Notes: generated by a model from the sequence alone, not told the origin. Shown: positions 40,913 to 52,513, counted from the stretch's first letter. The stretch: 64,000 bases of DNA from an uncultured delta proteobacterium (GCA_963733195.1 CAVTCR010000060.1:1-64000); one strand, 5' to 3'. Program-made: numbers and translations.

Positions 40913-43406
40913 ATGAGGAGTCTACAGCACTACTTCAGGACCAGTAAGGCGATGGCAGTTTTTATAGCACTCGCAACGGCTTCTGCCTGTGCCCATCGGT
41001 CAAACCGAGCAGCGACAGTCGCACCCTCCACTCCTGCTTCACCTACAACAGAGTCATCTGCCTCAGCACAAACAACACAAACAGCAGACAGCACAACGCT
41101 CCGGTTGAATGAGGTCCAGCTCACAGAAACTGCTGGCCAGCGGAGTCTCTTATTTCGTTTCTCTCGCCCACCTGAAGGAGTAGACTATTTCCCCTTACGA
41201 AATCCGAGCCGCCTTGTTGTGGACGTGAAGGGGCCCATTGATGCTCCCACAAAAGTTCAGACCTATAAAGCCACGGATGCTCAAGTGAACTCGGTTCGGG
41301 TGGGATCATATCAAGGCCGTCTCCGACTCGTTATTGACCTCAAGGGGACGATGGCACCACAGTTTTCGGTCGATAGTTATGAAACCCTGGTATCCGCATT
41401 TATTGGTGAAAAAGATCTCACTAAAAGTGCATCGCATAGCAATAGTCAGATCCTTTTTGCCTCAGCAGAAGAGGGGCGTGGAACGCAGGGGCCAGGGGTG
41501 TCCTCACACAGCGAAAAGAAATCAACGACTCCTCCTGGTCCTACCGATACTCAATCGCGATCGGTACAATCTCCAACCGCTGGCGAAGCAAGTGATAAAA
41601 CAAAAAGTGTAGTCGCCTCTCAAGCCTTGCCTGAAGAAAAGCTGCCCTCAACGTCAGTGAAAATACCAGATCTGGAGCAGTCACCTGCTCCGGCTCCCGA
41701 GGCTCCGGCTCCTGCATCTGTCAATAAGCCGATTGATATCGCCCAAGCTACACCAGAAGAAATCGCCACCACCCTCACAACGTCCACGCAGCCGACGCCC
41801 GCGATCTGGAGGAGAGCCGATTCTTCCTCCTGCTTCCTCTGACCCCTCATCGCTCTTAGACCCTTCAGGAGAGTTTCGCCCCGTTTCCGCAACAGATTAT
41901 TCTGGCCGAAAAATTTCTCTTGATTTTAAGAATGCTGATATCCACGATGTTTTCCGTATCCTTGCCGACGTCAGTGGTCTAAATATCGTTGCTACTGATG
42001 ATGTGAAGGCACGAGTCACTTTACGATTGGTTGAAATTCCTTGGGATCAAGCTCTTGATGTCGTGTTACAGGCAAATGGGCTAGAAAAAACTCGGACTGG
42101 TAATGTCATTACAATCTCAACTACCAAACGCCTTGAGATAGAGCGGAATGCTCGATTGTTAGCGCAGAACGCACAGCGAAAAATTGCGCCACTTGAGACT
42201 GCATACGTAAGGATTAATTACGTTAAGGCAACAGATATTGCCGCAATCCTGACGAGAGAGGTCGAACAGCAGACCAGCGTTGCGGGAGGCATGGGCGGCG
42301 GCGGACAGCAGCCGCAGACCGCAGCTGGAGCCGGAGCCGGAGGGAAGACCCAGGTCGCTTTGATGTCCCCGCGTGGAACTGTAGCAGCCGATCCGACAAC
42401 GAATGTCGTCATCATTCGCGATATTGCCGATCGCATCGCGTCAGTGAAGGAGTTGATCCGCCAAGTCGATGTCCAAACTCCACAAGTTGTGATTGAATCG
42501 TACATCGTTACCGCCGCCCAAAATCTCAACCGAGATCTTGGTATTCAATGGGGTTATAATTATGTAGCGTCGCCAGAGACTGGCAATCCAACTGGGGCCA
42601 ATTTCCCCGGCCGAATCGGACTTGGTGGTTCAGGACTCGGGACGGGGAGTGGAGGGGTTCCGTTTATCGCTGACTTTCCTGCTGCGACAAGCGCGGGTTC
42701 AGGAGCCGCGCTAGATCTCGTTTTAGGGTCATTAAGTGGAAGCCAAGCACTTAATGTGAGATTGAGTGCCTTAGAGACCGAGGGGAAAGCGCGAGTCATT
42801 TCGCGACCGAGGGTTGTCACTCTCAATAATAAGATCGCGCAGATTAGATCTCGACGAGTCATCCGTGTCCCGATTATTTCTGACACCTTAAACGTCGGTG
42901 GGGCTGGAGCTAATCAAGGTGGAGGCGCCGCCTTTCAAGAATTTGATGTGGGAATTACCCTTAGCATTACTCCACAAATTTCCTCGGATGGTTATGTGCT
43001 GCTTGATATCGACGCTGAGAGCAGCGAACTGGCAGCGACTGCTAGTGTTGCTCCTTCTGCCCCTTCAGCTTTCGTGCCGGTTATTCCTGATACGCTGACC
43101 CGGACAACAAGTTCAAATGTATTGATCCGTGCTGGCGAGACGTTCGTTCTTGGTGGAATTTTACAAGATAATATGCGGCAGACTGAAGAGGGAACACCGT
43201 TTCTCAAAGATATGCCTGGACTTGGCTGGCTCTTTAGTGGTCGTACGAAAAACCGAGGAACCGATGAGCTGTTAATTTTCGTTACGCCGAAGCTGATCGC
43301 GGGGACCGGAACAACAGGACTCCCTACGGCGCAGCAGCTGTGGGAGAACCGGACACAAGAGACAGCTCCAACAGCTTCGACCAGTGCAGCACCGATCGGT
43401 CGCTAA
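40913..43406 (+). CDS. pilQ: Type IV pilus secretin PilQ with AMIN domain (one frameshift near 41790)
   Basis: AMIN domain (NPSRLVVDV), YSGRKISLDFKNADI, PWDQALD, secretin domain, ELLIFVTPK. Confidence 0.92.
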
Positions 43407-43453
43407 GGAACAAGAGTAGTTAAGTCAAGACGAAAGGAGTTTCAATAGAGGGT

Positions 43454-43524
43454 CTAGAAGTCTAAGAGCTCGTGGTTGAGGGGAATGTGGTGTGAGGATG
43501 TGGATGGAGCTCTTAGACTTGTAG
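43454..43524. repeat. 18-bp inverted repeat with a G-rich loop
   Basis: CTAGAAGTCTAAGAGCTC ... GAGCTCTTAGACTTGTAG. Confidence 0.8.
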
Positions 43525-43554
43525 GTTGCTCAGTAAACAAAAGAGGAAAAGGCT

Positions 43555-43667
43555 GGGACGGTCGGAGGCTTGGCAGCTGGAAGCTGGCACGCTTAAGTGA
43601 GGAGGAGCGGCGGGGTGGTGGAAGCGAGGGACGGCATGCTTTCTAGTTTCGAGCCTCCGACCGTCCC
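43555..43667 (+). other. Long hairpin (about 30-bp stem with G-U pairs) and purine-rich loop; candidate RNA element
   Basis: GGGACGGTCGGAGGCTTGGCAGCTGGAAGC ... GCTTTCTAGTTTCGAGCCTCCGACCGTCCC. Confidence 0.55.
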
Positions 43668-43720
43668 TGTCGGAGGTGGGGAGAGACGAGGTATGTGGTG
43701 AGGAGGACAGGACGACTATG

Positions 43721-43746
43721 GGGGCGGAAACTTAGGTTTCCGCCCC
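43721..43746. repeat. REP-like palindrome
   Basis: ggggcggaaac-ttag-gtttccgcccc. Confidence 0.7.
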
Positions 43747-43856
43747 TATCATCTCACTCTGGTGACGCAATCTAGTATGCTAGCGGAACCCGTGTTAGGA
43801 AACGGAGACAGCGTGCTCGGTGCACTGCAAGTAAAAGATCAAGGGACGAATATATT

Positions 43857-45017
43857 ATGCTCCGTTTCTTTACCGCCGGTGAGTCACATGGTCCATGTCT
43901 GACGGCGATTGTTGAGGGTGTTCCTGCGGGAGTACCAGTCGATGTCGTAACGATTAATCAAGATTTAGCACGTCGACAGCAAGGTTACGGCCGCGGCGGG
44001 CGTATGAAAATTGAGAAAGATGAGGTGCAAATTCACTCAGGGGTTCGGTGGGGAGAAAGTTTAGGATCTCCAATTACGCTCGTTGTTGAAAATAAGGATT
44101 GGAAAAACTGGGAGAAGCGCATGTCTCCTTTCGCTGGTGATCGAGACGAAAAGATAGCAGTCACTCGCCCTCGACCAGGACATGCTGATCTCACTGGGGT
44201 ACTGAAATACAATCATAAAGATGTGCGCAACGTCCTTGAGCGAGCGAGTGCACGAGAAACAACCGCGCGTGTAGCCGTTGGTGGACTCGCCAAGTGTATC
44301 TTGCATCCGTTCAACATTCGCGTAATGGGCTACGTCGTTGAGATTGGCAAGGTTGTTGCCAATCATTCGCGTTTAACGGCAGAGGAGATTTTCGCTCGAG
44401 CAGAAGTTTCCCCGGTACGCATGGCAGATGCGACGGCTGAAGAACAGACTATTACTCTCATTGATCAGTATAAAAAACAGGGAGATACCCTCGGTGGCGT
44501 TGTCGAGGTTGTCGCAACAGGATTGCCACCAGGTTTGGGAAGCTTTGTGCATTGGGACCGTAAACTTGATGGACGGCTTGGACACGCGTTGTTGAGCTTA
44601 CAGGCAGCAAAGGGAGTAGAGATTGGTCTGGGTTTCGGGACAGCACGACTCCCAGGGTCACAGGTACACGATGAAATTTCCTTCGATCAGGAGAAAAAAT
44701 TCGTACGCCATAGCAACAACTCTGGGGGAACGGAAGGAGGCATGAGCACGAGTGAGCCCTTGCGGGTACGTGTTGCCTTCAAACCCCTTTCGACGCTGAT
44801 GCGGCCATTACACTCGGTTGATATTGTGACCAAAGAGCCGGTGGAGGCAACCATCGAGCGTTCTGACGTTTGTGCCATTCCGGCAGCAGCAGTCATCGCC
44901 GAAAGCGTCGTCTCGTTCGTTGTGGCCCAAGCATTTTTGGAAAAGTTCGCTGGAGATTCCTTGGTTGAAATGAAGCGGAATTACGAAGGATACCTCGAGC
45001 AAGTGCAGCAGATGTAG
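43857..45017 (+). CDS. aroC: Chorismate synthase
   Basis: TAGESHG, RPGHAD, RASARET, ERSD. Confidence 0.97.
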   Translation: MLRFFTAGESHGPCLTAIVEGVPAGVPVDVVTINQDLARRQQGYGRGGRMKIEKDEVQIHSGVRWGESLGSPITLVVENKDWKNWEKRMSPFAGDRDEKIAVTRPRPGHADLTGVLKYNHKDVRNVLERASARETTARVAVGGLAKCILHPFNIRVMGYVVEIGKVVANHSRLTAEEIFARAEVSPVRMADATAEEQTITLIDQYKKQGDTLGGVVEVVATGLPPGLGSFVHWDRKLDGRLGHALLSLQAAKGVEIGLGFGTARLPGSQVHDEISFDQEKKFVRHSNNSGGTEGGMSTSEPLRVRVAFKPLSTLMRPLHSVDIVTKEPVEATIERSDVCAIPAAAVIAESVVSFVVAQAFLEKFAGDSLVEMKRNYEGYLEQVQQM

Positions 45018-45022
45018 GGATT

Positions 45023-45538
45023 GTGCAAAGTCAGCGCAATATTATCCTGACTGGGTTTATGGGGACCGGCAAAAGTGCCGTAGGAAGAAGACTTGCAGCT
45101 CGGTTAAGACGACGATTTTTTGATACTGATGTGCTTATTGAGCAGGAAGCAAAAACGTCAATTGCAAATATTTTCTCTCAGAAGGGAGAAGCGTATTTTC
45201 GGGCCTTAGAGAGAGAGATGATCAATCGTATTTGTCAGGAGAAAGTAATAGTGATTGCTACGGGAGGTGGAGCTATCGTCAGCGAGGAAAATGCCACGCG
45301 TTTGAAAGAAAACGGGACGGTCATCTGTTTGACTGCTACTCCTGAAACTATTTTTGAGCGCGTACGTAACAATGCTGATCGCCCACTTTTGCAAGGGCCA
45401 GACCCTCTCGAAAAAATTCGTTCACTGCTGGCAATTCGCGCTGAAGCCTATGCAAGGGCAGATATGACTATCGATACCTCCACTCTTGATATCGAGCGCG
45501 TTGTGGAAGCAATAATCTCACTCGTCGGAAAAACATAG
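45023..45538 (+). CDS. aroK: Shikimate kinase
   Basis: GFMGTGKS, GEAYFR, ATGGG, RPLL. Confidence 0.96.
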   Translation: MQSQRNIILTGFMGTGKSAVGRRLAARLRRRFFDTDVLIEQEAKTSIANIFSQKGEAYFRALEREMINRICQEKVIVIATGGGAIVSEENATRLKENGTVICLTATPETIFERVRNNADRPLLQGPDPLEKIRSLLAIRAEAYARADMTIDTSTLDIERVVEAIISLVGKT

Positions 45539-45550
45539 TAAGTATTCGAC

Positions 45551-46624
45551 ATGGAAAGCGTCACAGTAAATCTTGGTCCGCGCTCATATCAGATCCTCAT
45601 TGGCACAAATCTTCTTGCTAACGTAGGGGGATTACTTCGTGAGCAAGGTTTACGTTCCGGACCTGTGGCTATCGTAACAGACTCAGTGGTAGGGCCTTTA
45701 TATAAGAAAGCGATCAGCGCTTCGCTTTTGCAAGCCGAATTTACACCAATTGAGATTGAGATCCCCTCTGGTGAAGAACATAAAAATCTTACCTGGCTTT
45801 CCTTCATTTACGATAAGCTGGTGGAAGGGCATCTTGAGCGTCGTTCACCGCTTATTGCACTCGGGGGCGGCGTTGTTGGAGATCTAACAGGTCTTGCTGC
45901 TGCAACATTTCAGCGTGGGGTTCCTTTCGTACAAATTCCGACGACCCTCCTCGCTCAAGTTGATGCAAGTGTTGGTGGAAAGACTGCCATTGACCATCCA
46001 GCCGGTAAGAACTTGATTGGAGCCTTCTATCAACCACGACTAGTTGTGATTGACGTTAACACTCTACGGACCCTGCCTGAGCGTGAGTTTCGTGCCGGAA
46101 TTGCTGAAGTCATCAAGTATGGTGTCATTCTCAGCCCTGAACTATTTGTTCTGCTTGAGCAACGCTTGGAGAGTTTGTTTCGCCTCGATCCAGCACTGCT
46201 CGCAGAAGTGATAAAAATCTGCTGTCAGTTAAAAGCCCGGGTTGTAGAAGAAGACGAAACAGAAGGTGATTATCGTGCAATTTTGAACTTTGGCCATACA
46301 CTCGGACACGCGATCGAAAAGGCAACGAGATACACGCAATATCTTCATGGTGAGGCAGTCGCAATCGGAATGGCTTTTGCCACGCGTCTCTCCCAACAAC
46401 GCGGGTTCTGTGATGAAGCATTGCGCGAACGCCTGCAACGGCTCCTAAAAAGTGCAGGGCTGCCGTTTACAGTTCCATCGGAACTCACAAGCGAACATCT
46501 TGTTGCAGGAATGACGACAGACAAGAAAATAGCTGAAGGAAAAGTAAAATTTGTTTGTGTAGAAGAATTGGGGAAAACTCGATTTGAGTATCTCAACGTG
46601 AGGGAGATCAGCTCTTATCTTTAG
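45551..46624 (+). CDS. aroB: 3-dehydroquinate synthase
   Basis: GGGVVGD, PTTLLAQVDASVGGKT, LNFGHTLGHAIE. Confidence 0.97.
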   Translation: MESVTVNLGPRSYQILIGTNLLANVGGLLREQGLRSGPVAIVTDSVVGPLYKKAISASLLQAEFTPIEIEIPSGEEHKNLTWLSFIYDKLVEGHLERRSPLIALGGGVVGDLTGLAAATFQRGVPFVQIPTTLLAQVDASVGGKTAIDHPAGKNLIGAFYQPRLVVIDVNTLRTLPEREFRAGIAEVIKYGVILSPELFVLLEQRLESLFRLDPALLAEVIKICCQLKARVVEEDETEGDYRAILNFGHTLGHAIEKATRYTQYLHGEAVAIGMAFATRLSQQRGFCDEALRERLQRLLKSAGLPFTVPSELTSEHLVAGMTTDKKIAEGKVKFVCVEELGKTRFEYLNVREISSYL

Positions 46625-46706
46625 AATGTTCTAGGAAAGCCGGGCAGTAGGGACATCCTGAATCGATAGAATTTCTTGAAGTCCCGTAGCAGGAAGGAGG
46701 TGTGGT

Positions 46707-47352
46707 GTGGGAGCGGTTGGACGGATAATAAGGGTAGCATTAGTAGTGGGGTTCTGTGTTGTCGGGTGTGGCGACAGCGGCGACAACGATAATGGTATTT
46801 CTTTTCGCGCAGTCGGATTTTTTCAAGGCACTTTTCAAGATGATAGATGTCACGGTCCCGACAACTGATGAGGCCATTGCCGACCAGAGTAACAATCTTG
46901 TACTAGACAGCGCTTTAGTGGATTCCGGTTATCCTGCTGGCGCTTTCTTTTGCCGCGCCTATCTCTGGTTGGAAAATAACCTGCGCAATCAGGCGATAGT
47001 TGTCGACCGCCTTGATTTTGAATACGAGATTCCTGGTTCACAGATTGGCGTTCCTGCTCACTCTTCTTCTGTTGGCATTCGTGTGAATCCTGCTGGCGCG
47101 GATCCCGAGACCTCGCCTAGTCCATTCGGGCCGCCGAATGTGTACATTGGCCTTCCTGAGGCGCAGATGGTACCTGCGAGTCTGGTTTTGTTCTTACGGC
47201 AAAACCGACAGGCACTCCCACAGCTTCCATACACGATGATCGTCAAAATGACTGCACATGCTCGCAGTGATGCAGGACAGGGCTTAGACAGTAACGAAGT
47301 TCGGTACACGATCACATGGGAACAGGATTTGCGGCAAGTCCCAGCTCCTTAG
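46707..47352 (+). CDS. Hypothetical lipoprotein (frameshift near 46800)
   Basis: AGGAGG RBS, then GTG 46707 gives VGAVGRIIRVALVVGFCVVG-CGDSGDND (lipobox); continues in the 46756-47352 frame as a beta-rich domain. Confidence 0.6.
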
Positions 47353-47452
47353 TAGTACCGAGAGAATAAGAACAGAAAAAGGGAACTTACAGAAGCGAAA
47401 ACAACACTTTGCGATACAAGCAAAGTACTCCAGCATTCGAATGAGGTGTGGT

Positions 47453-48910
47453 ATGGGACGTTGTGGTGGATGGATAAAAGGGATTGCGCTTTTTCTTGTG
47501 GCGCTCTCGATAAGTTGTGGAGATACAGGAGGTAAGAAATCCTCAAGCACCGGAAAGCCTTTTGTTTTTCAGGCGCGGGCACGCCTGAATATGAGCTTGC
47601 CCGGTCGTTCCAGAGAACTCAAAGTTTTTGCACATCACCGCGACACTCATCGACCCTCAAGGCAATCCGTTCCGTAATCAGCGCGTGACTTTCGAAGCTG
47701 AATTTCCTGACGCAATCTTCATTCCTCTTAATAGCACTGAGACTGAAGCTCTGGCCTGCCTTGCCCAATCAGGCGTCGGCAACGCTACTCGCTGTACCAA
47801 CCGCGGGGCGGCAATTACTGACGATAACGGTCAAGCCAAAGTTACTCTCTTTGCTGTCGTTAGATCCATCTAATGCACCCAGCAATCCTGTGCAGTTGTA
47901 ACCTCGACCCTACAATCCGACTGTTTTATGCGCGTCATAGCTGAAGCTCCAAATTCACTCGACGTTGCCACAGCGATTTCCGTTCCCTTTACCGTGACAG
48001 GATTTCTCATTGGTGGAGATCTCTCCATTACTCCACCAGCAGTCACCTTCGTGAATCCGCTCGTTCAACCTGGGACAGATGGACCAACGGTCACGTTTTC
48101 TGTCCAGGGTGGCCGTCCTCCGTATAGATGGGACAATCAAAACAAAGCTCTTGGCAAACTCACCCCTACAAGTCCACCAACTGAATTTGATCAACAATTT
48201 GTGTATACGATTGTTGGTGCTCTTCCTACCGATCCAGGCTCGGATGCTCTTACGGATACGATAACTGTTACTGACGCAGCTCGGAGCAACAGTAACTGCA
48301 ACTGTCACCGTAATTTTTGCCGATTGTACGCTTAACCTTTCCGTTGCACGGTAAATTTTAGCGAAGCGCGAGGAGGAGAAACTTTCGATATAAATATTAA
48401 CAACGGAGTAGCGCCTTTTACTGCGACACAGTACTTTCCCAGAGGCCGGACACCATTTCTATCGATCAATGACAACAGGGGTTGTCACTTTCACCGTTGC
48501 CGATCCTCCTGTCGCTGTAGCCCCTGATACAATCACCATCCGCGATAGTCGAGGCTGCGTTGGTAGTGTCGAGGTGACTATCACTCCAGCAACCCCACAA
48601 ACTATCGTACTAGTGGCGAGATCCGACTTCGATTTGTAGCACTAATGGCGGAAGTTCAACATATCACTGCTACTCGCCTTGGATAGCCGAATAAGCCTTT
48701 CGATGGAACAAACCTGCTTTAACCACGACCGCAGGGACTTTAAGTCAGCTGCTACCACACAACTGACACGATGGAAAGGCAACCGTGACTCTTACCCTCC
48801 CTGCTGGAACAACCGCTGCGACAGTCACGGCAACGGCTCCTGGAGGTGCAACTGGAACTGTTACTGTTACTGTGCTCGCTACAGGCGACGGTACGCCTCC
48901 GTGCCCGTAA
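47453..48910 (+). CDS. Ig-like (invasin/Big_1-type) domain lipoprotein, multiply frameshifted
   Basis: Lipobox LSIS-CGD; ITATLIDPQGNP..NQRVTF, TDDNGQAKVTL, VQGGRPPYRW, TDTITVTDA, GKATVTLTLPAGTTAATVTATAPGG across successive frames. Confidence 0.6.
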
Positions 48911-49007
48911 CCTGCTCCCTGAGACCTGGACAGAGGGAGAGACGGTACGAAGTCTTCTCCTTTGCACTCTCGTTGACGCCACACTCAAGGGTTTATAGTG
49001 TGCTGAG

Positions 49008-50417
49008 GTGGCGTCACGATATATCCCCCCGGATAAACAAAATACTCGTCGGAATTGGCAAACAGACTCTCGCAAGTCTGGTCCATTTTCACGAGACGAT
49101 CGTGAGAAAAAAGTAGACCACTACGTTCGCCCGCGGCGGGAAACGTTCACTACACGAAGGCGAGACGAGGAGAATAATAGAGAGCGATTTGTTAACCGCC
49201 CAGCTGCTACCTCCCAGCGCCCGCCGTGTCCACACTATCCTGCATGCTTTAGCTGCCCTTTTATCCAGTTTCCCTATTTGCAACAGCTCGAAAAGAAGTA
49301 CGAGATTATTACGAAAGCGATCAGAGGCTACCCTTCCCTCGCCTCATTGATGGTTCCTTCTCTCATCCCTTCCCCGTATCAATTTGGCTATCGCACACGA
49401 GTGAAATTGGTGGTTCGGCGAGTAAACGGTAAAGTCGTTATCGGTCTCTATCGACCAGAGACGCACGATGTCGTTGATACTTCCGCCTGCCCGACGCATC
49501 CCGACCCGATCAATGAACTCATACAATTCCTGCGAGAAGCAATCGAGCGACTCAATATCGTGCCTTACGATGAAGTCCAGGATACCGGACAGCTTCGTTA
49601 TCTCGATATTCGCTACAGCTTGTGGCAAAAACAAATGGTGCTAACCTTGGTCACACGGCATATGCATTTCCCGCAGGCACGTGATCTTGTCTTCCATCTT
49701 GAGCGAAAATTCCCCTTTATCAGCGGCATCGTTCAGAATATCCATGACAAGCCTGGGAATGTGATCTGGGGAGAACGGTTCCACCCGTTGCGTGGAAGAG
49801 ACACATTGCTCGAAAGAGTTGGCCCGTTTCGCATCATTGTTCCTGTCTATGCGTTTTCACAGGTGAATCCTCCAGTTGCTCGTCGCATTTATGAGACTGC
49901 ACTTGAATGGGCAAACATCACGAGCAAGGAGATTGCCCTCGACCTCTACTGCGGGATTGGGCCAATCTCACTTTATCTGGCCTCAAAAGCACAGCTCGTG
50001 ATTGGCATTGACGATAATGAAGGTGCAGTAAACACCGCGAAACAGAACGCCCGTCGTAACGGCTATCATAATTGTCGCTTCTTTGCCGGCGATGCTGCAG
50101 AAAAGCTTCGTGAGACAACCTCAGCTTTGCCACAAATCTCTGTTGCTGTCGTGAATCCGCCGCGCAAAGGGTTAAGTCCTGAAGCGTTCAGCGCTCTTAT
50201 TGGTTCTGGTCCAGCAAGACTCATCTATATTTCTTGTGAGCCAGCGACGCTCGCTCGCGACCTCGACCGCTTCAGTCGTGAGGGCTACGTAGTAAAAAAG
50301 GTACAGCCATTTGACATGTTTCCGCAGACAGACCAAGTAGAAACGGTGGCACTCCTTGAGCGCAAGGAAGAGCAACCTGTCGAGTTTAAGAGAAAAGAAG
50401 AGGCAGTAGCATCGTAG
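49008..50417 (+). CDS. rlmD: 23S rRNA (uracil-C5)-methyltransferase, RlmD/TrmA family
   Basis: Cys cluster CPHYPACFSC, FSQVN, DLYCGIG, NPPRKG, YISCEPATLARD, DMFPQT..VE. Confidence 0.9.
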   Translation: MASRYIPPDKQNTRRNWQTDSRKSGPFSRDDREKKVDHYVRPRRETFTTRRRDEENNRERFVNRPAATSQRPPCPHYPACFSCPFIQFPYLQQLEKKYEIITKAIRGYPSLASLMVPSLIPSPYQFGYRTRVKLVVRRVNGKVVIGLYRPETHDVVDTSACPTHPDPINELIQFLREAIERLNIVPYDEVQDTGQLRYLDIRYSLWQKQMVLTLVTRHMHFPQARDLVFHLERKFPFISGIVQNIHDKPGNVIWGERFHPLRGRDTLLERVGPFRIIVPVYAFSQVNPPVARRIYETALEWANITSKEIALDLYCGIGPISLYLASKAQLVIGIDDNEGAVNTAKQNARRNGYHNCRFFAGDAAEKLRETTSALPQISVAVVNPPRKGLSPEAFSALIGSGPARLIYISCEPATLARDLDRFSREGYVVKKVQPFDMFPQTDQVETVALLERKEEQPVEFKRKEEAVAS

Positions 50418-50435
50418 TAGTTTGTCAGCTCGAGA

Positions 50436-50520
50436 AAAATCCCCTCGCGCTACGCGGACGGCCCCCTTTCTAAAGGGGGCTTTTGGAGTTCCCCTTTGAA
50501 AAGGGGGGCTGGGGGGATTC
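50436..50520. repeat. CCCCCTTT/AAAGGGGG-type intergenic palindromic repeat
   Basis: gccccctttctaaagggggc...cccctttgaaaagggggg...ggggatt; a degenerate copy lies at about 18815-18850. Confidence 0.7.
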
Positions 50521-50579
50521 ACAACGAGTGCTGCAGTGCAAGGATCCCGTATGGTCTGTTTTAGTAGCAGCCCGTAGGA

Positions 50580-51329
50580 ATGTTCATGGAAACAACACAG
50601 CCGTTTTCCTTACCCTCACCTCCACGCTGGTTGCAAGCAGATGGCTGGAATCGAATCCCTGCATTGGTCCATGGATTCTCTACGTGTATCGAGGACCGTG
50701 AACAACTCTCTGCAAACCTCGAAGCAACCGGCTGGGATTGGCGTACCCTCAGGCAAGTGCACGGTGACAAAATTCTCTTTGTTACAAACAACACGTCTAA
50801 GGACACACTGACGGAAGCAGACGGGCTCACAACGCAAGCATCTGGAGTATTATTAGGAATCGCTACTGCGGACTGTGTGCCAGTACTTTTAGTCGCTCCC
50901 CAGCAGAGAGTCGTTGCCGCACTCCACGCTGGTTGGCGCGGAACGTTGAAAGGCATTACCGCTCGCGCACTGGCACTGCTCTCCTCGTCGTGGGGTGTTG
51001 TCCCTTCTGATGTGTGGCTCGCATGTGGTCCAGCCATTGGTCCTTGCTGCTACGAAGTTGGTCGTGATGTGGGAGAAGCACTCTATGAGCGATGGGGTGC
51101 GGGCAATCCAGCGACCTGGCAGCCGAAGGGAGACAAAGGCTTGCTTGATCTACGCTTGATCAACCTTCTTCAGAGTGAACAGTTGGGTGTTCCCCGAGAC
51201 CACATGCAGATGGTGGGGTCATGCACGTTCTGTGATGCTTCCCGGTTTGCGTCCTATCGACGACAAGGGCCACAAGCAGGTCGTCAACTCAGCGTTATCG
51301 GTTGGCAGAAAACGACAGAAAATCAGTAA
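50580..51329 (+). CDS. pgeF: PgeF/YfiH laccase-like purine nucleoside phosphorylase
   Basis: QVHG, TADCVP, HAGWRG, GPAIGPCCYEVG, SYRR. Confidence 0.92.
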   Translation: MFMETTQPFSLPSPPRWLQADGWNRIPALVHGFSTCIEDREQLSANLEATGWDWRTLRQVHGDKILFVTNNTSKDTLTEADGLTTQASGVLLGIATADCVPVLLVAPQQRVVAALHAGWRGTLKGITARALALLSSSWGVVPSDVWLACGPAIGPCCYEVGRDVGEALYERWGAGNPATWQPKGDKGLLDLRLINLLQSEQLGVPRDHMQMVGSCTFCDASRFASYRRQGPQAGRQLSVIGWQKTTENQ

Positions 51330-51347
51330 CAATTTGGGCAATATCTC

Positions 51348-52352
51348 GTGCGCGTCGCCGTCATTGGCGCAGGAGGCTGGGGAACTGCGCTTGCTACACT
51401 TCTCGTTACCATCGGACATCGCGTCTGTTTATGGGTAAGACGCCCTGCCCTGTTTGAAGAATTGCTTACTACACGAGAAAATCGCGTTTATCTTCCTGGA
51501 GTCACCCTTCCTGAAAGTCTGAACTATTCGAGTTCTTTGTCAGAAGCCGTAAGTGAAGCAGACCTCATCGTACTTTCCGTTCCGTCACACGTCATGCGCC
51601 TGGTCGTTCGCCAGCTTGGGTTTACGCTCTCTGGGACTCCGCTGCTTGTCAGTACTACCAAAGGGATAGAAGAAGAAACTTTGCAAACTGTAACGGGCGT
51701 GCTCCGGGATGAACTCCCTTCGTTTTTGCATTCACATCTTGCGGTGCTTTCCGGCCCCAGTTTCGCCACAGATGTCGCACGAGGTTTACCGACTGCAGTG
51801 ACTGTCGCCGCAGAACAGGAGACGCTTGCTGCCACCGTCCAGCAGGCATTCTCCTCATCCAGATTCCGCGTCTACACCACTACTGATGTTGTAGGCGTAG
51901 AGGTCGGAGGTGCTGTCAAGAATGTCATAGCAATAGCTGCTGGGGTCAGCGACGGTTTAGGTTATGGTCAGAGCGCACGTGCGGCACTTATCACCAGAGG
52001 ATTAGCAGAGATCACCCGACTGGCCGTACGGATGGGAGCCAATCCGCAAACCTTGTCGGGCCTCTCTGGTATGGGAGACCTGGTGCTTACCTGTACGAGT
52101 AACCTGAGCCGCAATTACACGATTGGCGTACGGGTTGGACGCGGAGAAAGGATTCGCGATCTTCTTACTGGAATGACTACTGTGGCTGAAGGCGTACGCA
52201 CTTGCCGTTCGGTTTTTTCCCTTGCACGGCGACTAAGAATCGAAATGCCGATTGTCGAACAAGTCTATGGGCTCTTGTATGCTGAAAAACCTGCTCAACA
52301 GGTCGTGATTGACCTGCTCACTCGAGAAACAAAACCTGAGTTTTCTCGCTAG
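51348..52352 (+). CDS. gpsA: NAD(P)H-dependent glycerol-3-phosphate dehydrogenase
   Basis: GAGGWGTALA, SGPSFA, KNVIAIA, GDLVLTCT..SRN. Confidence 0.96.
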   Translation: MRVAVIGAGGWGTALATLLVTIGHRVCLWVRRPALFEELLTTRENRVYLPGVTLPESLNYSSSLSEAVSEADLIVLSVPSHVMRLVVRQLGFTLSGTPLLVSTTKGIEEETLQTVTGVLRDELPSFLHSHLAVLSGPSFATDVARGLPTAVTVAAEQETLAATVQQAFSSSRFRVYTTTDVVGVEVGGAVKNVIAIAAGVSDGLGYGQSARAALITRGLAEITRLAVRMGANPQTLSGLSGMGDLVLTCTSNLSRNYTIGVRVGRGERIRDLLTGMTTVAEGVRTCRSVFSLARRLRIEMPIVEQVYGLLYAEKPAQQVVIDLLTRETKPEFSR

Positions 52353-52513
52353 CGATACGAGCACAATTCGCTGAAATTCCAAACCCTCCTCACCGCCTAA
52401 ATCCTCGAGATTTGTTCTGTCTCCGCACTCACAGATGGTTAGTTGTTACTTTGGTTCCTCACGCAATTGTCCGATAGATCTACCCTGCAAGGATCTTCTG
52501 AAAGGAGTTGTTC

